Origin: Octopus vulgaris | Lineage: Eukaryota | Assembly: GCA_951406725.2 (NCBI GenBank) | Contig: OX597817.1 | Coordinates: forward strand, 45,446,001 to 45,510,000 | DNA length: 64,000 bases | Reading direction: 5' to 3' | Part shown: piece by piece, positions 25,841 through 39,567 of the stretch | How positions within the stretch are numbered: the stretch's first letter is position 1 | Layout of the letters: every line of letters starts with the position of its first letter | Made by a program: the position numbers and the translations under genes | The notes under the pieces: model-generated | The model's input: only the letters and a program-made list of their open reading frames with translations | Told to the model about the DNA's origin: nothing | The model's database searches: none

Positions 25841-26177
25841 ATACTTGATGTAGCCATACCAAATGACCTGAATTTTGTGAGTAAGGAGGTTCAAAATATC
25901 ACCAGGTACTCCGAATTGAAAGTGGAAATGGCAAGACTGTATGGAATGCGAGACGGTAATGTAAAATTACACTAGTGGGCGCAATCCCTTGGAAACGTTA
26001 AAACTTCTTAAGGCAACTGGAATCCTATGCAAGATCCATGCCTTGCAAAATGCAGCCTTATTGGGTACAGCGCACATCTTAAGGAAAGTATCATCTGTTT
26101 GAGGTTCTCGTGACTTGATAGATAACTTATGACTCCGGTGCATTTGTATCTACACTGTGTTACGAAGTAATAATAAT
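25841..26177 (+). mobile_element. R4/Dong-type LINE 3' end (restriction-like endonuclease), decayed
   Basis: ILDVAIPNDLNFVSKEVQNITRYSELKVEMARLYGM...LQNAALLGTAHILRKV; begins in (AAT)/(GAT)n and ends in taataataat. Confidence 0.85.
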
Positions 26178-27356
26178 GGAAGGATGTGTACGTATTGTCA
26201 TTGATATATGGATATGTCACAATGGGCAAATACGCACAAATGGAAAGAGAAAGCACCTTCAGTTGACCGAGACATACAGAAGGGACGGAATATGAATGCT
26301 GCATATTTGAGAAACTAATGTTTAACATTCGTTCAAGAAAAAATAGAATTTAGCGTTGCGCTGTCCTCTTGCAACACATAAATTGATCCATGCCCTTAAT
26401 AAAGCTAGATACGTTAAGTATTCCATTTATCTAATACACAGATATAGGCTGTGAAGAGATGATCGATTTTGTTAACTGAAGCAGAAGAATTTACGGTACA
26501 ACTAGGAATCATGCAATGTTCAATTACTTATCGAATTCCAGGAAACGACACTTGTCAGATATAGAAAACCATTGCATGTACAGGTAATTGACATCTGACC
26601 TTTCATTGCTATATTGGGATTGTTCTTAAGATATTTGTTTCCATCTCTTATTATGAAGTATGATATCATGAATCAAGTAGCATTTAAGTGTTATAAACAA
26701 TCATACTCAAAGTAGAAATGTATATCAAAGTTCTTATACTGCTTATTCAAAGAATCCAGATATTCAAATTATACAGTTACTCGACTGGAACTATAAGGCA
26801 TTTGATTAAATGCTTTATAGTATTCTGTTTAGTTTCTTACAGATGTATCGATAAGTCTTTTTTAACGATGAAGTGATCAGCGAAGGGACAAGCACTTTGA
26901 TTTTATGCGAAAATTAGGTGATGCTAAACGTATTACATCTTTGTTAATTAACACAAAACTACGCAATGGTACCTAACGTTGTTTATGTCCTAATAGTTAC
27001 AATAATATACGTTTGGATTTAAATTTATGTCGTGTTCATGTATGTTCGCATAGTCTGAACCCAATTGTGAACATACTTCGCGCTATACAAATTATGTTAA
27101 CGTCTTCACATCTTTCCTTTTTTTGCAGCTGGTGGTGATAATTCTGAATCAACATTCACTCTCAGAAGAAAACATTTAATAACTAACCCATCGGCCAATC
27201 GAAAGCTCTTCTCTTATTACTTTAGACGAATCTCGTCTCAAATATTTCCAACAGTGATCATCCCGAAAAAATAAACAGTAAACTAGATCTTAGCCACGAC
27301 ATCCTATCCTGCGCTGTAACAGCTCTCAATCCATCGAAAATCTTTATATATTCAGT

Positions 27357-28045
27357 ACGGGAGTGGCTGTGTGATAAGAAGTTGCTTCCCAACAACGAGG
27401 TTCCGGGTTCAGTCGCACAGCGTGTCTCCTTTTGCAAGTGTATTCTACTATAGCCTCGGGCTGACCAGAGCCTTATGAGTGGAATTGGTAGACGGAAACT
27501 AACAGAAGCCCGTCGTATAAATTTAATTCCAATCATAAATTTAAATCCATTCATAAATATTTTAAATATCAGGAAATAACCATGGTTAGGTATCATTGTG
27601 TAATTTTGTGTTAACTAACAAATTTGTAATACGTTTAGCCTTCATATATATGTGCATTTATATATGTCTGTATGTATGTATGTATATATCTATATATATA
27701 TGTGTGTATATATATATATCTATATCTATGTGTGTGTGACTTTATGTCTGGGGATAGCCTACCCCATCACTGCTTGACATCCGGTGTTGCTGTGTTTATG
27801 ACCCCGTAACATAACGGTTCGTGGAAAAAAGAACGATAGAATAAAAAAAATAAGTATGTCCCTCTGCCATCGCTTGACTACCGATACTGGTGTATTTATT
27901 TACACGTAAATTAGTGGTTCGGCAAAAGAACCGAAAGAAGTACTAGGCTCACAAAGAATAGGCCCTTGGACTGATTTCTTTGACTAAAACCCCTTTAGAA
28001 CGTGCCTCAGCATGGCCTTAGTCAAATGAGTGGAACAATTAAATG
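27357..28045 (+). mobile_element. SINE family B with extra internal sequence and a duplicated 3' half
   Basis: 5' half at 27357-27518; the cgcttgac..tggtgt..ggttcg 3' module is present twice (about 27765-27855 and 27860-28045). Confidence 0.8.
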
Positions 28046-28072
28046 AATAAAAAAAAAGAATATATATATTTA

Positions 28073-28198
<126 letters not shown>

Positions 28199-28235
28199 TA
28201 AATATATATATAGGATCTAATCCATCTCACAGATT

Positions 28236-28723
28236 TTTGCGATAGTAATCGAAGAGGAACAACTTCCGGGTTATCTCTACTAAATGCCACCACTCTGCCC
28301 TATTCGTATGTCATGCGAAGACGATGCCACCTTTATCCTTTCTTCCTCTGTAATCATCACCGTGCATTCCTTATTCTTTCCCCTTTCTTCTACACTATCA
28401 GCTAGGAAGCAGCGAGCGAACTTGTCACTGCCACTACAATTACCATCTGTTTTGGAGTATAAGCTGCTATTTATCTTGTTTTACCGTCATATTTTTAATA
28501 ATGTTATTTTTTTCATCTAATACAGACTTTTATATTTACGAAATGTGTTTTTTGCTGATTATACTAAGATAAAATCATGAAATTAACAATATCCTTCATA
28601 GTTGTAAAATAAGGCATTTTGAAACTACATATACGTCAATAAGAAAAAAAGCTAAATCTGGAATCGTCGTGACATTTAGTAGAGATGATCTGGAAGTTGT
28701 TCCTCTTCGATTACTATCGCAAA
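28236..28723. mobile_element. MITE-like element with 55-bp inverted repeats
   Basis: tttgcgatagtaatcgaagaggaacaacttccgggttatctctactaaatgccac (28236-28290) is the near reverse complement of 28669-28723. Confidence 0.75.
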
Positions 28724-29007
28724 CAGCAGTAGCTTTCTTCAACCAAATACACGTCGTTGATTGGTTGAAATTACCCAAATACGACAACTTTAACACGAAA
28801 TGAATTCTAAAACAAAAGAAATTTTGTCAAAAACGTTCAGAGTAAATCCTGCTCTCCTTAAGAAATTCTAACAGTATTCGAAGTATCAAACTTTTCAGTT
28901 TAAAAAAGCTACTAAAGAAATCTATGATTGAGATGGAATAGATCGTATATATAAACTAATTTATATGTTTGTTGTTTACTCGTTTCCATCGTTTAGTTTT
29001 TATAAAT

Positions 29008-29060
<53 letters not shown>

Positions 29061-29129
29061 GTATGTATCTATCTATGTATCAATCTATCTATCTATCTAT
29101 CCATATATCTATCTATCTATCTATCTATC

Positions 29130-29161
<32 letters not shown>

Positions 29162-29182
29162 CATACATACATATATATATAT

Positions 29183-29245
<63 letters not shown>

Positions 29246-29692
29246 CAGATAGCTAAGTAGCTTGCTAGCCAACCAGGTAAATATTTGCTAATTGAAAATG
29301 CACTCGATCATATTACATGATTCGAAACGGGTAGACGCCGGATGGATAGAATCGTACAAACGCAGCGTCATGCTTAAATAGGGTATGAAATCGGAAAGTG
29401 TACAACGAATTTCTGTTGAACCAGTGAACTTGTGTATATGTTGATGTGATATTTAATATACGGAAATTTGAATTCGTTGACATTCGTCACGAGATAAGCA
29501 GAATAAATCAAATCGGAAGTTCAAACAATCTAATGAAAAAAATGGCTAGAGGTTAGATATTGTTTTGTTGAAGTACAGTAGGCGTGACTAACAATCAAAT
29601 AATAGAGTGGTGGCGGGTATACATTGAATATCCTTCATAAAACACAAGATCTTATATACTAAAGGCCACGTTGCGAAAATGTGAGTTTGTAT

Positions 29693-29741
<49 letters not shown>

Positions 29742-29780
29742 CATATATATGTGGATATATATATATATATATATATATAT

Positions 29781-29999
29781 AACGGGAAGCTTTATAAAAA
29801 TAAACAAAAGACGAAGGCAGGTGGAATACATACAAACAATTGTATTAGTATGGCGCTCAGGAATATAAATAGAACAAGTCTTTTACGTTTCGAGCCTACG
29901 CTCTTCAACAGAAAGATACACAGAAAAGAAACACAGAAAGAAAGAAGGAGAGAAAAAAATGCGTGCAGAGGCTAGCGATTCAACATGGCGTTCTGGCGA
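29781..29999 (-). mobile_element. Hammerhead-bearing element, CUGUNGA subfamily, in (TA)n
   Basis: Colinear with 25560-25730 and 47466-47590. Confidence 0.8.
29879..29916 (-). ncRNA. Minimal type-I hammerhead fold with variant core CUGUUGA
   Basis: TCTTT-CTGTTGA-A-GAGC(gtag)GCTC-GAAA-C-GTA-AAAGA; stems I and II perfectly paired, GUA triplet. Confidence 0.7.
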
Positions 30000-30150
30000 T
30001 ATATATATGGCGATATATATATATATATATATACAATACATAATACATAAATACATATACGTTCATATATACACCCATATATCCATGCATATGTATATAT
30101 GCATATAGCATACGTATATATATATATAATATAGATGCATATACATATAC

Positions 30151-30190
<40 letters not shown>

Positions 30191-30293
30191 AGAAACAATT
30201 GTAGTGGTGGTTTTTTTACTATTTATTAAAATTTTATGTATTGATTAAGTCTTTCCTTGTTAGTTTTGCAAAATAGTGGTTTTGTCTCTAATA

Positions 30294-30744
<451 letters not shown>

Positions 30745-30746
<2 letters not shown>

Positions 30747-31556
30747 ATTTCCCTTCCTTCAGGTGAAACTCTCGCGGCGTCCAACAACATCAGAGACTTG
30801 GGAGTAATTGTGGACAACAACGTAAGCTGGGCCACTCATATAAACACCAAAGTTGACATGGCCCGCAGAATGTGTTCCTGGATTCTCAGAACTTTCCAGT
30901 CGAGAGATATCCACACCATTATCCTTCTCTTCTCCACTTTTGCCCGACCCCACCTTGAATACTGTTGTCCACTGTGGTCTCCCCACACAATACAAGGTAT
31001 CATAAAAGTCGAAGCACCTCAAAGGCCAATCACAAAAAAGATAGATGGCATGACAGGCCTCGACTATTGGGGTCGACTAGAAAAGCGAAAAGCTAAAACT
31101 CTATTCTCTCCAACGTCGTCGTGAGCGCTACATCATCTGCATGATGTGGAAAATATTCCATCAGCATTGCCCAAATGATGTTGGCATCACCTTTAAGGTA
31201 CATCCAAGGCTTGGGCCCCGTGCCATCCGCCCAAAACAAAAATCGCACTCTCATCTCATAACAACAATACGGCACAATTATTTCACCTCAATTGGCCCCG
31301 CTCTCTTTAACATTACACCAAAACACATTAAAACAGAAACTGACCCTATAGGGTTCAAGAAGTCTTTGGACAAATTCCTTCAAGAAATCCCGGATAAACC
31401 CCCTACACCCGGATATGTCTCTGTAAACAATAACTCTCTACTTGAGTGGGCCATAGTGCCCAAATTCTGACTTGAAAGACTTCACCAGGTGGTGCTATTA
31501 AGTTAGACATGGCCTGGGCCAATAATGGCCGAAACCTATCAAAGTATATCAAAGTA
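30745..31556 (+). mobile_element. 5'-truncated CR1/L2-type LINE (C-terminal RT/thumb region plus 3' UTR), frameshifted
   Basis: [18 protein letters not shown]...[14 protein letters not shown]...[24 protein letters not shown]...FKKSLDKFL, stop at 31470. Frameshift from a 7-bp duplication gaaaagc (31080-31093). Tail is (tatcaaagta)x2. Confidence 0.93.
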
Positions 31557-31629
31557 TATATATATATACATATATATTTATATATATATATATATACATA
31601 TATATTTATATATACATATGTAAAAATAA

Positions 31630-31706
<77 letters not shown>

Positions 31707-32523
31707 CCTATATACATACATACACATATACATGCATAATATTCATATTCATTTGTAAATATGGCTTCCAGTTGTTCTGTTATTGACCATCCGCCTACTG
31801 AAAAATTTAAAAACCTTTATGCATCCAAGCTGACTCAGGAAGCCAACAATTTTCTTTGACGGTAATGAAATAGGGTACAAGTCTTTCTCTCGCTGAAGTG
31901 CTGTGTAAACTGAACTAAATAGAAATGATTAAAAACGCACGGAACCCGGAGAGAAGAATACGTACTTATCACGCTAAGCTATGCATTACTTGGTGAAAAG
32001 TCACATTCCTTTACTTATTCCTCTTGTCACTTGCATCCTACACAAACACGCAGATAATTGCTCTGCTTCTCAGGAACTATTTAAAAAAACATGCTGGTGC
32101 TTCTATTTGCATACATCTATTCACGCAATTATATGTGTGTATGCGTGTCTTTGGTTGTATGTCAATTTGTTTGTGTACTTATGGATGTTTATATGTATGT
32201 GGGAACGAGAAAGAGACAGTCAAATACGCATTAATGATTGTGGAGTTATAAAATATATTTCTTTGCAAAATCAGAACTGTTCGAACTATTACTCCGAGTT
32301 ACTGAGTGGCTGTCGAGGGAGGGATGTACTCCCTTGTCCGAAAAATTATTCACATAATTACTTCTTGCAGGGAAGAAGCTGAATAGCTTATAGACTGGCA
32401 ATAAAAATTGTCATTTCAGAAAGCAAGTGCTAATAGGATTCATAATACATGATTATACATACGAAAATATATATGTAGATAAACTTGGACGATGAGGAAC
32501 GCACACACACACACACACACATA

Positions 32524-32582
<59 letters not shown>

Positions 32583-33273
32583 TAAAAACATAGCAAATTT
32601 TCTATTTCTCTGGATACTGGAAATTGAAAAATGTCCATTTTGAGGGTTTAGTCTGAGATCTCTTCATCATTTGTCTAAATTAAGAGAAAAAATAAGCATA
32701 TCCATTTTATGCGTTTCTATGCACAAGAAATATCAAAATATTTGAGCTACTAACATGCGTACTATGTGTATATGTTTGTATATAAAAATCAAAAGGTGTA
32801 CGTGCGTGAATGTCAGCAAGATAAATGACCCAAACAAAATTAAAATATTAAACACCAAAGATGGAAGATAAAGGTAATCAAATCATATCAACATTATTTT
32901 TGAAATTATCTTGAATTCTTCGATTGGTGATATTTAGTAAAAGCGTAATTTTCTACATGCTGACCAGCTGACAACACCTTGTATCATTCATTTTTCTCTA
33001 TGAGGTAATTGTATATACGATTAATAAGTTTTCAATTCACGATAACTTGCAAATGATATTAACATGAATCCTGGTGACCTGATTAGATACAAATGTTATA
33101 GTACAGAAAACATGCATGCTAGGCACTGCAACACACACAAATATTCAAAGGGATTCCGTGGAAATTCTCGGTACTAAATGTACTAAAACACAATGGTTAC
33201 CAGCAACCGAGTTAATATACACACAAACAAACATAATTGCAGACAATACATACTCAGAAATATATATTTTTAA

Positions 33274-33480
33274 TTTTTACTTGTTTAAGTCATTGAAATA
33301 CACCTATGATGGATCACCGCCTTGAAATGCTCTACATACCGAATCGAACCCCGTACTTATTGATGAAAGCCTGGTAATTATTCTATCGGCTCCTTTTGCC
33401 GAACTTTACACGAACTTGAACAAAAGAACACATGGTTTTAAAGCAGTAGTGTGTGACAAAGAAAAGCACACACACATACG
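33274..33480 (-). mobile_element. SINE family B, 3' half, degenerate
   Basis: tttacttgtttaagtcatt...tattctatcggctccttttgccgaac. Confidence 0.7.
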
Positions 33481-33512
33481 TATATACATAGACACAAACA
33501 TACATACGTATA

Positions 33513-33578
<66 letters not shown>

Positions 33579-33601
33579 ATCTATATATATATATATATAT
33601 A

Positions 33602-33632
<31 letters not shown>

Positions 33633-33797
33633 AAATTCTGTAGAATCTTCGTTCAGCTCCATTTCTTTCCTTCACTAAATATATTAAACTTCAATTATCC
33701 GCGCTAAGGCACGGTTGCGACACCCCAAGGTCGTAACTTCAACCGTGTTTTTTCTGTTGTGATTTTTGCTAACCAGGTATCGGTTAAATTTTGAATA

Positions 33798-33897
33798 NNN
33801 NNNNNNNNNNNNNNNNNNNNNNNNNNNNNNNNNNNNNNNNNNNNNNNNNNNNNNNNNNNNNNNNNNNNNNNNNNNNNNNNNNNNNNNNNNNNNNNNN
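33798..33897. other. Assembly gap (100 N)
   Basis: Run of n; true size unknown. Confidence 1.
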
Positions 33898-35323
33898 AAC
33901 GCAATTGTTGTTAATGGAGAAAAGTGGTTACATATTACTTGTTATATTACAATAACATGATGGATGCTCAACTATTAGGCATGAAATGAAACAAGGGTCA
34001 GAACAGAAGCAGGTTTTATACATAGAGTAAAATATTCGTATTACCGCTCATATAACATGCAAACTGTGATGGTTAAAATCTGAAAACTTTGTTGTAACAG
34101 GGAATGCTAAATAACTGTTATTTAAAATATTATCTTTTTTTTCTTTATTTTCAGATAGTACTAAACCTGAAAATGTCAATGGAATTCGTCACCGAAAAAG
34201 AAATTGAACATTAAGAGCAATCAATGATCCTTGCACATTCCGAAACGAAGTGGCGCCTCGAAACAGAGTCTATTTCTTTGACTCATTTTTACAAATAACT
34301 ACACTACTATACCCATGTAAATATAAGAACCACAAACGTAACAGCAGTTAAAATAAAAAACAACAAACACACCACAGGACAAATTTTATTTAACTTACAA
34401 ACATTATGTCGCAACTGCAAGTGACAGTGATTCACATAAGTCATGAGCAAGGGTGTAGTCCTGTTTGTAGGATGTCATTCCTGCGTGAAGTGGTTGAAAA
34501 CACATTATCTGCCGACATTTCGGAGTCAGCCTATTTGTGACGCATTCATTCCATTTGTGATTTTTTAAAACTATAAACGGTTCTGTAAATTAACAACTAC
34601 CCACTGTCTGTCACCTGACGCTTCAATGTTCTTATACATAACAACAAAATCCTTTTTTTTCCCGAGATAGCTTCTCCTGACTGCTGTGTCTCGATGATAA
34701 AACTACTATTGCCATCAACAATGTAGACATGTGCTCGAGTGGTCTGCATAGCATCAGTACATTTGACGGAAGCACCATTCGAAAGCTAGCTGAATCGACG
34801 AACAAGTACAAATACATTAGTCAAACAACACCACTGAGAAATTACACTCTAGGGATTTTACTGTTACTATCAATGCACCAGAGCATATCATTTGCAATTT
34901 GAGGATCAAAGAAACCATTCTCATTAATAAAATGAAATTATCGATCAACAACAAATTAGAGTTACATAAGGCCGACTGGTGAATGTATAAAATACTACAT
35001 TTTGCATGTTACAAACCTCACCCTTTTCTCAAGTATCTGATCGAACGTTTGCAATTCGACAGCCTCCACCTTATTCTCCAGAGGAAGGGGTATTAAACCT
35101 GATATATAGAAATATGAGGCAAAGTGTAAATAGTTGTTTTGTCTGCTGCACATTCCTTTTCACACCTCTTGCTCAATTTTATAGCATTAAATTTTCAACA
35201 ATTTAAATCTTAACTATATATTCTCTCTCTCTCTCTCTCTCTCTCCCCTCTCTCTCTCTCTCGCTCTCTCTCACACACACACACATACAAAAACACACAT
35301 GCGTATATACACATATATTTATA

Positions 35324-35888
35324 TTGGGTAGTCCGAAAAGTTCGCGCCCATTTTTAAAGGAATGAGAAAGATCAATAAATACTTGCCATTACATTTTTAA
35401 TCAACCAAATATGAACCATTTTGTTGCACAATGCGTCTCCATCTTTCGTTTACTTCAAAATACCCTCTTCCCAGAATTGAGGTGGTTTCATGGCAAAGAA
35501 TTCATCAAGGTATCGTTTTACGTCATCCAAGGAATTGAAATTTTTACCATTAAGAATATTCTGCAGAGATCTGAATAAGTGGAAATCCGAAGGAGCAATA
35601 TCTGGTGAATATGGAGAGTAGGGTAACACATCCCAGCCGAGCTGCAGCAATTTTTGTCTGGTTCCCAAAGCATCAAGTGCCGAAAATGAACTTTCTTATC
35701 TTCCATTTTAAAGGGTTACAGAATTAACACAGGTTATAAGAACATAGACCTTCTTCGACGAAAAGATAGCTTAAACTGTGCTCTAAATGGAGGTGTAGTC
35801 AAATCCTATTTTATAGACTTAACCATGTTCTAAAATAGATCGAAAGGTAAGCTATTATAAATCGGCACGAACTTTCCGGACAACCCAA
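35324..35888 (-). mobile_element. Internally deleted mariner (mellifera-subfamily-like), TIRs and TA TSD intact
   Basis: TA-ttgggtagtccgaaaagttcgcgcccattt ... aaatcggcacgaactttccggacaacccaa-TA; MEDKKVHFRHLML fused to GTRQKLLQLGWDVLPYSPYSPDIAPSDFHLFRSLQN (YSPDLAP motif). Confidence 0.95.
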
Positions 35889-37633
35889 TACATATACATG
35901 CACACACTGATGCCCGTCTCACACATATATCCTTTAACACGTGATGTCAAATTGACATACCTAATGATATACTTTTTTAGTCTACCGATGAGGGACGTGG
36001 TGAAGACTCATTGAATTATCGAGTTACAGCGGAAGGTAGATGGTGTTAGATATATCTTATTTTTGTTTCAACTTAATCATTCCCAGTCACATGAACATAT
36101 ATAAACATATATAAACATACAGTAGCAAATATACATGACAGAGACCGTGGGGTGTTTTTATACCTTTTGTAAGTATTCTTGTCAACGACATGGTTTCGTT
36201 GAGTTGTAATGAAAAATTTGATATTTAATATCAGTTTAGATTCAAATATGGTTATTACACCAGTATGAATTACAGTGCTGCTATAGTTATTTGATTTCAT
36301 ATTGCTCATATATTCATGCAAAGACATATCAAACACTATTGGTTTTCAATATGCTTTGACTTAGCGAGCTATCTTTATTCATAAATATATCATTGAAGTT
36401 AAAACCCATGCTTGATAAATGCATTATATAGCAAATTTAACATATTAACTAATAATGAGTAAAATAGGAACTAAAAAAAAGGACGAAAAATATTAGCAAT
36501 TACCTAAATAGTAAACTTAAAGTATTATCGTTATGTTGAAAGATAATGTACGATTCTTTAGATATACTCAACATTTCAGACTTTTCTAAACGAGATCATC
36601 TCTATATCTGTGACCAAACTGGACATATCTGTTCTAAGAAATCTCATTAAGTCAACAATTACAATAGGTAATTGCCTTTTTAATCACCGTTAGCATCGAC
36701 AAAAGTCAGTCGCTTCGTATATGAGATCGCATTAAATGCTCCAATTAGAATAAACAATTCTATACGTAAATAGAGTTTATGGTTTATTAAAAACGTTTTC
36801 ACGTATAAAATTGCTTAAAACGAACTCCGACATTACGACGGAATGGGTATTAATCTTCAAACCAATTTCATTCAAGAAGCAGCTACCCCTCCTCCTCCCC
36901 CGGCGATTAAAGGTTACTTTCATCGATATTTCTTAGTGTTTCTGAATTAATCAGTTTTCAACGTTAGTCAAATTTAATTTTTATGCTACGTTTCCTATGA
37001 ATTATGAATGAAATAACCTACATAAAACACATACATAGAACGAAACAAACAAAGACTCATACACATATACTGACAGTCAAAAATATCAAAGGAACATTTT
37101 CCTACTGATCTTCCTCAGCTAAGTTATTCCTCGACGATAGTGTATATAATAAAACTCTTATGAAAGTCAAATAGCTATCGTACTTCTTTTAACAGTTTAT
37201 TTATTCTTCAGTCTTTTAAATAAATTCATACTTGTGGTGGCAGTAGGAAGAAACTACGTATCATTGATAAAGGAGCTGGTAACGATAAAGTCGAGGATGT
37301 TAAAATCATGACAAGATGTGGATGATCAAGGTGGAGAAGAAGACGATGAAGATGACGGTGGGGAGTGTTCATAGCGCTGGTTATAAAGAAAGTATCTATA
37401 ACTTTTAACACTATCACAATGTTTTGTTATTCATCGTGAAGAGAAAAATTTTCTAATTAGCGTCTTTCATTTCATTGTCAATAAACATGTGACTAATCTA
37501 GGATTATGTGCAATGTTCTAGCAGCAAAACTTAATTATTCTTAGTCACTTCAACGTATATAAATTTAATGCAAGTTTTAAATCAACTTTCACAGGAAACG
37601 TAGCTAGGCTTCTTTTACATAATACAGCACATA

Positions 37634-38521
37634 CGAAGGGGTACCCAAACGAAATCAGAATTTTGAAGTGTTATTTTATTCACTTTGTTTAACATGTTTA
37701 CTTTTTTTATCGCTTTTAAAGAAATTCTCCAGGCGCATTTTCCACTGTTCGAAGCTGTGCTGGAACTCTTGCGAAGTGGTGCTTTTAACACCTCCTTTGT
37801 TTTTTATTTCTTCACCTCTTCCACATCTGCAAATTACGCACCACCACCATTCGTCACCAGTGATGACCTTCCAAAAAAGGTCCGGATCAACTTCCAACCT
37901 TACTTTTAATTCACAAAACGCATTCAGTCGTGACTGATTTTGATCTTCTGTGAGCAAGCGAGGCACACATTTTGCCGCAACACTATTCATTCGCAATTGC
38001 TCGCTTAAAATTGTTTGGCAGGAGCACCAGAACACATCAGTTACATCAACAATTTCATCAAATGTTCCGGAACAGTCCTGCAAGATCAGTTCATTTATTT
38101 TCATGATGTTTTCATTCGTTCTGGTGGTCGACGCTCGTTCTCAACGTAGTCGGTCTCCAGACGACAAGTGACCATTCCTAAAGCGTGGAAGCCACATATA
38201 AACATGTGTTTTCCTTATGACAACATTCTTGTAAGTTGTTTCAAGTATGACAACCATTTTGGCCGCTATTGTCCCTAGCAGAAAACAGAATTTCAGGAAA
38301 GCACGCTATTTCTTCGTTTAATCCATCGCAAAACTCGACGAACAGGAGAAAAACACTGCAAAAACAAAGATGCATCACATTACAGTACGACCCAATAGAG
38401 GATGCTGGTCGACAGACTGATACCTGAGGGTTGCATCAAGTGTCTTCTGTCTGTGGAAGTCTGAACTACAACGGGTTTGCTCCACAGAGAATGTTTCCGG
38501 TTACTTTTAGGTACCTAGTTG
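37634..38521 (-). mobile_element. Decayed, internally deleted mariner-type transposon (different subfamily)
   Basis: AAKCVPRLLTEDQ...KVITGDEWW (WVPxxL and TGDE motifs), then FEQWKMRL; degenerate TIRs ta-cgaaggggtacccaaa / tttaggtacctagttg-ta. Confidence 0.85.
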
Positions 38522-38583
38522 TATACGTCTATCAGAGTTGTAGTTAAATTATTAGAAGCTCTAAATATTTCGTTGAAATTTCA

Positions 38584-38995
38584 TTTACTCTTACTCTTTA
38601 CTTGTTTCAGTCATTTGATTGTGGTCATGCTCGAGCACCGCCTTTAGTCTAGTAAATCGACTACAGGACCTATTCTTTGTAAGCCTAGTACTTATTATAT
38701 CGGTCTCTTTTGCCGAACTGCTAAGTTACGTTGACGTAAACACACCAGCATCGGATTTCAAGCGATTTTGGTGGGACAATCACAGACACAGAAACATATA
38801 CACACACATACATATATATATACATATATACGATGGGCTTCTTTCAGTTTCTGTCTACTCAATCCACTCATAAAGTTTTGGTCTACCCGAGGCTATAGTA
38901 GAAGATACTTTCCCAAGGTACCACGCCGTGGGACTGAACTCAAAACAATATGGTTCGTAAACAAGCTACTTAGCACACAGCCACTCCAACACCTA
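38584..38995 (-). mobile_element. SINE family B, full length
   Basis: Colinear with 50085-50503. Confidence 0.93.
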
Positions 38996-39155
38996 TATTG
39001 CTTATGATTATGATCGAAGCATCTTTCGTAAGACACGACATCCTTCGCTGAGGATCGCATTATTATGACATAGAGGGCATTGAAGTCCACTACTAGTTCT
39101 GTTTCCCACTTGTCCCGAAGAATTAAATAAACTGCCGCTGAAGTGACATCTCGTA

Positions 39156-39567
39156 TTTTTTATACTTATTTCAGTCACTGGATTACATTCATGCTGGGCT
39201 ACCACCTTGAAATATCTTTTAATTAGAAAAAGTTTTTTCAGTAGTTACTGCAATTATTCTATCGTTTTCCCTTTGTCGAGCTGCTAAATTTCGTAGGGGT
39301 AAAGAAACCAACAACGGTTGTCAAGTAAAAACAGTAAGAGCAAACACGCACACGCATATACGTACACACACACACACACACATACACACACAAACGCACA
39401 CATACACACACGTACATATAGGAATGCTTTCTTTCAATTTCCAGCTACCAAATCTACTCTCAAAGCGTTAGTAGGAGATACTTGCCCAAGGTGTCAAGAG
39501 TGGTACTGAACTGAAAGCTATGTGGTCGGGAAGCAAGCTTCTAACTACACAGCAACACCTGCACCTA
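39156..39567 (-). mobile_element. SINE family B, degenerate
   Basis: gatacttgcccaaggtg, ctaccaaatctactc and an internal CA array. Confidence 0.8.

Noticed and set aside
31510-31540. ggccaataatggccGAAAC looks like hammerhead stem II plus GAAA
   Set aside because: No upstream CUGANGA; better explained as the 3' stem-loop of the CR1-type LINE
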